From the NCBI RefSeq assembly GCF_902652985.1, contig NC_047021.1:28644001-28708000 (forward strand): a stretch of 64,000 nucleotides of DNA, read 5' to 3'. The stretch's first letter is position 1. Every line of letters starts with the position of its first letter. Positions 26,701 through 38,577 of the stretch are shown here, piece by piece. The DNA comes from Pecten maximus. Taxonomy: Eukaryota. A program made the translations under genes and the position numbers. The notes under the pieces were generated by a model that ran no database searches, was not told the DNA's origin, and was given only the letters and a program-made list of their open reading frames with translations.

Positions 26701-29700
26701 CAATTTCAGAAACCTTCATTTGATGACTTTTATCCAACACATGGACCACGATCTGGATTTACGTCCCTAACAATCATTGGCGAGAATCTGAACATAGGAT
26801 CGTCTTTATCAATTGATGTGTCTGACTCGCAATCTGTTTGTAAATTGGAAAGGTAGAATTATTATTCTCTTCTACATAATTCAATCTACACAAATACAAC
26901 ATCTGTATTTCACTGTGGCATAGGCACTGGCTGATGAGTTTATTTTAAACAATCATGATTTTCAAATAAAAAGACACAAAAATACACATTTTGCACACAT
27001 CATACAAACTCCTCACCTAGCCTATTTCATCTCATCTCGGAAAATACAAAAAATACGTGCGCTCACTGTTACATGTGTCGCCTGAATGATACGTATAAGT
27101 TATGCCTAAGGTCATTTGCACGTGCAAATACCGGTAGCGCCACCTATTGGCGTATCTCATACCTAATTCCTACCGTCCACCGGTTAAAATTTTATTAATT
27201 TTTTTTACTGTGATTGTAATTTTTCAATGATTACTGAAACTGAAACACAATATCAGCCATGCTCAATATCCAAAATAAAGCATCTTGATAAGAAGGCGTT
27301 CAAGCCTTATTTGTTTTATCTTTGTAACCATCAATATGCACAAGGGACTTAAGTGTAAAACTTTTTGAAGATGATACATCAGTGGTAAATAACAAACCAT
27401 ATCAGTTTCAAATTACTACACACTGACTTTTACAACATTCGCGATATGTAAGTTAGTTCAAGCATAATACTACAAAACATTGTACTAAAGTATACTTTGA
27501 AGTTTTTAAATTATTTCAAACTTTGTATATACGATCGTTCATAGTTTTTTTAATTAAATGTCCTACTGTCAGCTTTACATGTGATATTCAGGAGCATGGA
27601 AAGGGTGTGGAACTCTTGAGAATTTTCAGTGATAGGTATTAATACGTATTTCTTTGTGCCAATAAACATTAAACATGAATGAAATAAAACCAATACCTCA
27701 ACAAAATGGCGTTTTGAATATCATATTGTTTTCTTGACAGTAAGGGGAATGACTACATCGTATGCCAATTGACCCGATGGACATCTACAAATTCCGGCAC
27801 CGGGACCAACCAATCCATGCCAGCCTCTTGTCTTGGCCACGGTCCAGTGGTGGTGTTTATTGACGGAACTGTTTTGTCGTCCGATGCAGGGTTCTGTTAC
27901 ATGAATGATCCGGTGATCACCAACATATCACCGGTGTCTACCACTATAAGGTAATTTGATATTTACTAAGTAGTACATTTGTTCAACCTGCTATAGAAAA
28001 TGTTAATGTATGTATATGTAAAAATATCGGATATACTGTTGCAGGGGTGGAAGAACCTTGTCCGTCACCGGTCACCATTTTGATGCCATATCTATGTCGC
28101 GTTTAAGGGTTGTCGTAAGGCACAACCAATTACAGAGCGAGGTTTGTAATAAATCGCTTTTATTGCATTTTTGCAAGTGAAAATTGATCAACTGATAAAA
28201 CTTATATTTTTACTGCAGCGATGACCAGTAGCATTCGCATTATTATTTAAAACCTGTTTTACAACAAGTCATATGACTTCTGTAAACATTTATTCCTAAG
28301 TTGTATTTTATGCAACCATTGTGTTTATGTTTCCAAAGGAACAGTTTTGATATAGTAAGCATTTATATTTTTATATACTGTATATTCCCTTTACTATCAA
28401 TATATATCATTAAGTAACATACTTTTAACAAAATTCTACCAGTTTTGTTTTATATCATTTAGTGAAGGAACTTAAAATAGTGTTTTGTCCGTTACCTCGT
28501 GTGCTGTTTATTTATTTTGTTATATTTTATTTATCAGATAGACTCAAACGAATGTATAGTGGTTCACCCTGGGTTATTAGAATGTACTTATCCAAGTCTT
28601 ACGGAGATTCTGGACAGTGCCCCCTTTGGTGTTACCGGAAGCCTGACACTCGAACTGGATGGAGGGATTCCCCTTGAAAACGCTGACAGACGAATCATGG
28701 TCTACAACGATCCGGTTCTCTTCCGCGTCTCACAAAATGTATCTTTGAACAGTGAAGAAAGAAAAATGGTTTTACATGTAAGAGACTTATCATTTGAACT
28801 TCCTATTTGGTTATAAGATAATGTTATATTTTTTACTGGAATTGAATGAAACATTTTAGTCGGATTAAAAATTAGATCATTAACCTTTAAAATGTATCAA
28901 ATACATTGTAGTAGTGATTTTCTATCAAAAAAAGTTTTCCATTCTACGTCAAGGTCAATTATTTTTCGTGTCATATAATTGTGTATATAGTTTCAATGAA
29001 TAAAGCTTCGGTTGTTAAATGAAAGTTAGTTAATGCCGTCCTCTCACCAATTTACAAATGATTTGGACTGAGCTAAATATAAATGGTCATTATCGTCGTC
29101 AAATATGTATCTGAAACTTATTTTCTACACAATCACAACTTCCAAAAACATCAACGAAAAAGACAGCTCCCTAAACATATTACACGTGTCAAGTTGTCTG
29201 TATTAGAAAAGACGCACCCATGTCTGAAAATCCTGTTCATGTTTTCTGAATTTAAAACAGAAATCTAAATCAGTAAAACTGCTTCTAAAGAGAAAGTGGT
29301 TAGTTATTCTTGTACTTTTTATTCAAGGCAAATTACTATGTACTTATATCTACTTTTTGATAATCTTTTTTATTCTGCTTAGTTTGTTTTTCAGTATTGT
29401 TAAAAAGAAATGATAATATTCATTATTTAATAGTTTCTTGATTATTATATTATCTAATTAAGATAAATTAAAGCATTCACAAATACTGATTTTTGTAAAT
29501 CTCCATAAAATTGTTATTCAGTCACAAAACTTTCTTTTTTGCTCAAACTTAAGATCAAATTGGTAACCAATTTTAATATTACACCACTCTATCCGAATTT
29601 TGACAGTTTTGTTGACCTTTTCATCAACACCTGCAATGACGAGCCGTAGAAGGGCTAAACAGCTGTATGATACAGTGTAATGCTTGTTGTTTTTTTTTTT

Positions 29701-29896
29701 TGTTTTTTTTTATAATTCTTTTATTTTTTGAAGATTTTTCACATATTAAACAATAGACATGAATGACAAAGGTAAAAAAAACATACACACCCATACTCTC
29801 ACACTTACATATATCATCATCATCATCAACATAAATCATCATCATCATCATCATCACGTATCATCATCATTATAGTAAGCATACGTCATCAACATA

Positions 29897-29943
<47 letters not shown>

Positions 29944-32900
29944 ACATATATCATCATCATCATCATCACGTATCATCATCATTATAGTAACCATACGCCA
30001 TCAACATATATCATCATCATCATCATGCATCATATATCATCATCATCATCATCACGCATCATCATCAGTATAGTCAAACACGCATCATCATCATAATCGT
30101 AATCATCATCATGCATCGTCATCATCATCATCGTGTAATGCTTTCCGGCGCTACTTTATATAATTCTTAATTTGTATTGATATCTTGTGTATCTTTTGTA
30201 CAATCCTTGATATGTTTATCAATAATCTTTCAGGGTCTCTATCTGAACCTCGCATTTCAAGCCGATGATTACAATGTGACTGTCCAAGGCATAGGTTGTC
30301 CGGTTACAACGTTAACGAAGGACAGTCTGGAATGCGACATGTCGCCTGTCCTTAAATATACTTACCGGAATCAAGTTTACCAAGTAAAGGTAAGTAGCTT
30401 ATTCGTATCGCTGATTAAATCACAATTGTTAGTTAAAGAAGTAAAAACAATAACTAGAAACAAAACGAATAATAATCAAAATAACTACAAAGTATAAAAA
30501 TAAGTATCAGTTCAAAAGAACTGGAAAAAAACTAGTATAAAACGAATATTAATTGAAATAGCTACAAAGTATTGATTTAAAATAACTGGGAAAAAACAAG
30601 TTTTCATTTTGCATTAGCCGGAAACACAATTTAGCAGTTCGGTCGTGAAATGGCATGGGGTCACTTGTCCGATCATCTAGGTCTATTCTGGGTACTCCTG
30701 TTGAACCCTCTTTAATTTTCACTTTTGCAGCAATTCATATCAAATGTGGAAAATATGATTATTCCAGCAGTTTGAAATTTCAAGAAATGATTTTCAATTA
30801 TATAAGCAGTATGTTTATTAATCAGGGCACTGCTGTGTCAAACAATGACAAAGTTGGCTGTTTATCATATTTATGTACACAATGCTTTATATTCCACTCT
30901 TCTTTGAAATATGTTCCTGGTAACAAAGTTCGTTGCTTTTCATTGATTGGGGTTTGTAAGTCATTTAAGTTTTGGATAGTATCATTTGAATATGGTATTT
31001 TAGTATGACGTATCATACTGAAATATTTCACGAAAAAGATTAACATTTTATTATACTAGTAAGTTTCTTATTTGTATTTAAATATGTTATTGTTATATTT
31101 TTCAAATTCCGATTTCTTGACATCAAATTAGAGTAACCCCAATGTTGAGTGTATAGGGTAACCAAATAATCAACTTGTGGGTCTATTGACCCTTGTCTGT
31201 TTTATTTTAGGCAAATGTTTCTTGTCTTTAGAATATTTTGCGTTAAAACAGTTTCCTCTGTTATTTAGGTACAGGTTGGCTCGTTTCTGCTGGAACTTGG
31301 AGATCTGAACATCACACGGTACACGAAACTAGCCTATGTCAGTAAAGGGCTTTATCAGAACTGGCTGTGGGCAGGAATTGCTTTGATATCCGCCTTTATC
31401 TTTATCATTCTCTGTTTAATTGTAAAAAGTAAAAGAAGTAAATGCCGAAGAAAGAGGAGGGACTATATCACCAATCATGATATAGAAGGGACAATGACCT
31501 TTCAAAACCTGATGCGGATAGAGACGGATGAACCAAGCTCAGTTCCAAACAGTAAGTATCCCACATTTATGTCTATAGCTTGCAGGTAGTAGCTATGGTT
31601 AGCTTCCGTTGCAAAATTGAAACAAGGCAGTTTTACTTTTTCTTATGGCAAACAACAAAATACTGTACAAATTTGAATTTGACACATTAAGATTTTTAAC
31701 TATAGACATTTACAGTAATATGTTATACCTGAAGCAGAATAGAAGTCAATGTAATTTGATTCTTGCATTCTAGCTACTTGATATGCTAAGAATATCGATA
31801 CATTAAATAAAAATATAATCCACGTACAATAGCAGTTATATATTATGAAAATATACGAGACTTTTGTGATAAGTTCTTCCAATGATATCAGCGTCACGTG
31901 GTACTATATAAAATACCCTATTGTACAAAAGACATATATGAGAATAAAATTTTATATAGGTATTGCATAGAGTGTAGGCTGACAAAGCACTACTCTAATA
32001 GTGATGATATTCAAAGGTGACAAAAGACAAAACGGAAGTAAGGAAAATAAGAATAGATCTAAGTTAGAATTAAAATATAGAAATACAAATGCTATGAATG
32101 TAATTTCGACATTGGATGAGTTCCTAGGAGTGTAATGTAAAATTTATTTATTAATCACTCTTGTTGGCCCGGCTGGCAGGGCACGAAGGGCCTTACTGTG
32201 GGAGGAAACCCGAGTACCCGGGGAAAACCCACGTGGTCGGGCACGTAACCCCAATCCTTTTCACGTCCTATCGGGGAATCGAACCCCGGTCGCCTAGGTG
32301 AAAGGCAAGTGTGCCACCCGATCACTCTAGGTTCATAGGTATCACCCACGAAATATGATGTGGTTTAATTAGCTATACTCTAACTTTGATTTGACAGACG
32401 CTAATATTGTCTTTTGTACCATAAGAGTGTAAACATTTAGACTTAGCATGAACTTACACTTAGAAATAGCACTAACACAACATGCCCATTACAGACTACA
32501 TCCATATTGGCCAGGAGGACGGAGCCATTGGAGGGGAACCAGCTAACCTTATGGTGGATTTAGGCACAATAGATATGCTACAGAAACAACACCTTCTTGT
32601 CAGTAGAGACAATCTACTTCTGGGAGAGAGTTTGGGTCATGGTGGGTAACACTTCTGTATGTAACAGTAAAATCGTCGACAGTGATGTTAATTTCCCTAC
32701 CAGATTTGTGTACATACGTTTCAAAGTGTGACCTTTATATACGTATATCAAGACGGTCCGATTAAAAGTTTATCAGGTTGCTGCGATTTTTCAAACGGTC
32801 GTTCATAACGGAGTTATGTCCCTTGATTATAAAACGATACAGACTTTTACATGATAATAAGGACAGCTTAATTGTTTTCATTGTGTAATCAATAATCATA

Positions 32901-35900
32901 AATATTCATATCTTATTTATAAATCTTATTATTAAATGTGAATTTATAAACAGAACATGCTAATCAAAGAAATGAACTTTATTCATTCATTATTTGGTCA
33001 CATGGTAGATGTTATTCATTCATTATTTGTTTACATGGTAGATGGTATTCATTCATTATTTGTTTACATGGTAGATGGTATTCATTCATTATTTGGTCAC
33101 ATGGTAGATGTTATTCATTCATTATTTGTTTACATGGTAGATGGTATTCATTCATTATTTTTTCACATGGTAGATGGTATTCATTCATTATTTGGTCACA
33201 TGGTAGATGTTATTCATTCATTATTTGTTTACATGGTAGATGGTATTCATTCATAATTTGTTTACATGGTAGATGGTATTCATTCATTATTTGTTTACAT
33301 GGTAGATATTATCCATTCGTTATTTGCTTGCATGATAGACGTCAATTTTATCGTTAATACTCCCGACAGGCCAGTTTGGATGTGTCTACAAAGGTTATCT
33401 ATCTAAGCCTGGAGCTAAGGGAGAGGAACTCGTTGCTGTAAAGACAATATTAAGTGAGCAATTTAACTGTAACACAATACTGTAATACTCTATGTCACCT
33501 TGTGTAGTTCAAAATGTAACACAATACTGTATCTATGTCACCTTGTACAAGGTCGTAAATGATCTTATTCTAATGAAGCGTTTAACATTATGCGTATTTA
33601 TAATGTAGCGGTATAGTATATTACAAAATGATCTGTTTCAAAAGCACGTGAATTTATTTTATTTAATGTCACAGAAGGTAAGCATAGCTCACATCGAACT
33701 ATCAAAAGTCAATCGGTACTGAAAGCAGTGATAAACTTTGACAATATATAATCTCCAAAAGTCAATCGGTACTGAAAGCAGTGATAAACTTTGACAATAT
33801 ATAATCTGTCTTTTTCATTATTTTTGTTAAGATACCTCTTCAAAAGACGTGGATATCGGAGAATTCATGAACGAGGCGTTGATTATGAAGGACTTTAATC
33901 ACCCAAATGTGTTGTCGTTGATTGGCGTTTGCATAGACAAGGGGGAGTTCCCACTAGTGATACTGCCTTTTATGGAGAACGGAGACTTACTGGCCTATAT
34001 CAGAGATGAGCAAAATGTAATTTGTCTGCTTCTTTAGTATTAAAACTGTGACATATAACATTATCTTTAATAATTAACCATAATGATCGATTAATGATAA
34101 AAACATCATATGATTACAAATGTGTCTGTGGAAATGTCATTAATAGGTTTAACATTTAATATAATTGATACACCTTATGTATTTTTGTACTACATCAAAC
34201 ATTAGTTGTTTGCTATTCTCAAACAAACCAAACATTCCTTGTCTATACTTAGGAAGGGTAGACTATTTGTTCTAGGGTGACTAGGTAGACTATTTGTTCT
34301 CGTTTAATATCAAATATGCGATACTCTGAATATTGCTGTAAAGAACCCAAGCCATGAAAAGTAGTCATTAATTATATTTGGAAATACTCAATTCTCTATT
34401 CCGTTAGATGCCTCTTGTAAAAGACCTGGTGTTTTTTGGACTAGACATTGCCAAAGGAATGGAGTACCTGGCATCTATCAAATTTGTTCACCGGGACTTG
34501 GCCGCAAGGAACTGTATGTAAGTACGGTATGTCTGTCACCACTTTGCAAATCAAATGTTTGAGTGGAAACAAAAGATAGAAAGGTACAGATCATTATTTT
34601 GTCGAGTGAAGAACATTCTACTAAAGCAGACGACGAAGACAGTGGGATGGTATAATTATAGGGATCTATTGAAGTCATAGGGTCTACGATGCTCTCGTGA
34701 AAAATATGTCAGGTTTTCAGGGAAACGACTTTCAATGTGAGTAAGTGAATTTTAAAAATACTGTAGTGAAAACTGCGAAACGGTCAAATTAAAGTCTCGT
34801 AGCCCTCGGAAGGTGCCTTTGAGGTAGCGTCAGACATTCACCACAATATCTGAGTTTAGAGAGAAAGTAGAGAGGGTCGTCAAGAAAACACAGTTCCATG
34901 CTATCTATATTCAGCAACATCGGCATTCAAAGGACATCGTTACAAAGCAACTCACAACAAAGCTCTTGTATAAAAACTATCCAGTAAAATCTAGCAAGAG
35001 CAACACCCGGGCATGTAAAACTAGAACTCCCCCTCCGCTCTCGTCCCTTTTATGCAGAAACCTATCGAATCGCTCGCATCCGAGCACAAGAAGCAGCCCG
35101 TTCCTGTGAAGGAGGATTGGCTCCGTTTACTTAAATGAGACAATAAGAATATACATAAGACTTCGAAAAAACAATTAGCGACGAGTTAGTGTTGATTGCC
35201 CTGCAGGTAGGGCGTAAGAATTGTACCTGCTGCCCCCATTGCATGATCGTAAGAAGCGACTAAATTTGGGATCTTATCTTTTCTCTTCTTTCTTAACAAC
35301 TTTCTTCTTCCTAATGTCTCCCTTGACAATGCCTCACTTTTGGCCTTTAGTTGAGCGTTCGCCGCTGTGAGGAAGGTTTTGGGTTCTGTCCCCTAGCCGA
35401 GACATACCAGAGTCTTTAAAAATGGTAGCTGCTACTCCTGCTTAGCGCTCAGCATATTTGGAGTGGGACGACTGGTTCGCCCGTTGTCAGTCTAATGTGA
35501 CCGGGTGGGGTGTGCTACTGGGTGTCTTCGGCAGTATGCTTCAGTGAGGTAGCACTATAAATCGGCAAAAGTTCCGGCCTATCACAAGGAGACTTAACAC
35601 GAACATACCGCAGCCTCCCAAAACACACATACACACTTACCACACGCATACATGTCGCATGCACGGGAGGCCGTCCTTAAATGACCTTAGCTGTTAATAG
35701 GACGTTAAACAAAATAAACCAAACCAAACCAAATAGTGTTGACCTTGTGTAATATAGATATGGACATTGCAGGAGCCCCCAGATTGGCGTAGCAATTTGT
35801 AGATGATAATGGGTTAAAATGCGAGTAATATCTCTCTTACAAGGGGCAGTAATAATGAAGGGGGCCGTGCGTAGTGATTAGAGTCACGGACATGAAGAAT

Positions 35901-38539
35901 GAATTACTTCACTGATGAACTGTCCGGCGTGGCCGAAATTGATTGGAATAGCTAATTTAAACCCCAGATTTAGCAAAGAGAAAGTGAAGTTTAACGTATC
36001 TTAATGTAAATACATTTGTATAACAATTAAACGCTTGTTAGATTGTATTTATTGTCAATATTAATGCAATCTGCATGCCATACATATTCATGACGCCCTA
36101 ACGGGCGTCATTCTATTTATCTGTCGCCCAGATTGCATTGATCCTGCCAATAAATACAATCTAACAAGCCTTTAATTGTTAAATTAATATGATATTGACG
36201 TTTCATCAATGCAATACAATGTTGATGTGACATGATTGAACTTAAAACGTGACGTCAATGTAGTGTCGACATCACATTAGTGTATCTGTGTCACGACGTC
36301 ATACAATTGCTAAGAACGTTCAATGAGCACGTGTAGGTTGTCTCATCCTCAGGATGAGATAAGAAAATATCACACTGGTAATATTGTAGATATCCCTGTC
36401 CAATATAAGAGAATAATTTTTTCATTCTCTGGCATCAACCAACAATCCTGGGTGACAATTCAATTATCCACTAGATTCTGGAACGTGTTCAAATACACGT
36501 AAAATAACGTCCATCACTAAACGCTCATTTTCAAGGATCATGGTGAAAAAGTTAACGAATTATTTGTGACACATGTAATACCTAAGTTAGTCACATCATC
36601 GATTAACTGTTTATATTCCTTTAATTTAATTTTGAACTTTTATCTCATCAACATGGTTAAAGACTACGTGTGTTGCTTTTGAATATCAGTAGGTGAAATT
36701 AATAGTACATAAACATGGATTTTACGTAATAAATAAACTAACTTGCTGACTTGTTGACAGGTTGGATGATAAATTCATTGCGAGGGTTGCTGACTTTGGG
36801 TTGTCCAGAGATATCTACTCAAATCACTACTACAGTAGTGACAACAAGAAAAAACTGCCCGTCAAATGGATGGCTCCTGAAAGTCTCGAGAAGGGCAAAT
36901 ACTCTTCCAAGTCAGACGTGGTGAGTATTTTATTCACATAGGCATACCTGATCATCAAACGTCTACCTCCTTCTTTATGTTGATGATCCAAAAACTACTT
37001 TCCTACAATGACTTGTTCCCAAATCAAATACAACACAGGATTTTTATTCTATAGTAAATAACTGTATGTACATATTTTAACGATAATCATATTTTAGCTA
37101 TCATCTCGCTCGCTAGCATTGCGCTAGATCATGATTGCGCTAGCTTAGCATTGCGCTAGATCAGCATTGCGCTTATTGTACTTTTTTCTACACTGTTGCT
37201 ATGGGAAACAATTTAAGCGCGCCAATTCAGCAATACGCTAATCTGTTAAACTTGGAAATGTGTTATTTTAGTTCTCAAAATTAAGTAAGTTTACGGAATT
37301 TGGATTAAAGGATAAAGTATTTCAACAGTCAATCAGTTCATGAAATATTTTCGAACATATTGTAAACATATAAACTTTCATGGTTAAAAAGTTTGTATTT
37401 CAACGTTTCAGAATATGTCAACGTTTCAGAATTTAAGACGTAGAAACGAATCCAGAATTCTTTGTATCAAGTTACCATACATTGTGCACATGTCTGTATG
37501 CATTCCTGCAGTTGACTTCTGTCATGTACCTCAAATACAATAGTATACAATTGTTTCATGCCTTATCAGTCAGCAGTCAAAACTCTTCCTCGAGGTGTTT
37601 GGACCAACCCGATGAACTGTTTCCCGAGGCTGCAGGCCTCGTGCAATAGAACATTGGTCGAATACCAGTACCTAATGTCAAATATTCTGGACTATTGCAC
37701 AGATACCCATGATATACAGTGTATTTGTATAATAATATGCAGCTTTGTGACGTCATCACAATATCATTATGGGCTTAATATAAGCTGGTATCCAAACTGT
37801 GTTACATGGATGTTTTCATTTCTTAGGACACCCATGTCGCGTAAATGAAACAGGTGATAAAGGAATAAGAAAAACAGACACAGGATATATAAACACGTAT
37901 ACAATGGCATATAAACATTATTGTTTTCTCCGCTGTCGATGAAATCATGACACATATCTAAGGAGAGAGCTGGCAAAGAAAGCAATGGAAATGTGATAGT
38001 TATGATAACTATTGAATTGTATATGATCGACGATTGAATACCCTTGCTTGGTCATTATAACTTTACAGTGGTCGTTCGGCGTGGTTCTGTGGGAGCTGAT
38101 CACACGAGGAAATAGTCCCTACGCGGTAGTAGATAACTGGGACATGTACAAGTACCTTAAAGAGGGACGCCGTCTGCCTAAACCTCCCTACTGCCCTCCC
38201 AGACTGTAAGTACTATGGTGACGTATTTCCCTTCCACTTTAGCAAATCAGTGTCGCATTTCTGTCAAATACATAATGTAGTACAGGATGAATCATATCAA
38301 ATTTTGAAACATTATTAAAAGTCAACTCCTATATATAACTTCGTTTCAGTTCAAGGGTCACATGCATGTATATCTTTTATTTAGCTATATAGGCAAGACC
38401 AAAATAATATCTGTTCAATTGTTTGGTTTTTGAAAAAGATTTATAAGCAGAGGTGTAATTTCAAATTCAAAATATCTGGCCCCAGTTTCATCGCCGTTTC
38501 TTAATTTAAAGCATTTCTAAAAAAAAAAAAAGGGGGGGG

Positions 38540-38577
<38 letters not shown>

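Noticed and set aside
29624-29857. Poly-Met/Asp ORF
   Set aside because: Artefact of the (ATC)n microsatellite.
32957-33256. 99-aa repetitive ORF ([11 protein letters not shown])n
   Set aside because: Translation of a 33-bp intronic minisatellite; the flanking MET-like exons join in frame without it.
37558-37985. Short ORFs in a MET-like kinase intron, and most other 60-100 aa ORFs in the track
   Set aside because: No domain similarity or splice-consistent context; expected by chance in AT-rich DNA with alternative starts.
38519-38577. A-run/poly-G tracts (also 16782-16801 and 18572-18600) as functional G4 elements
   Set aside because: Homopolymer lengths are unreliable and nothing else supports a function.
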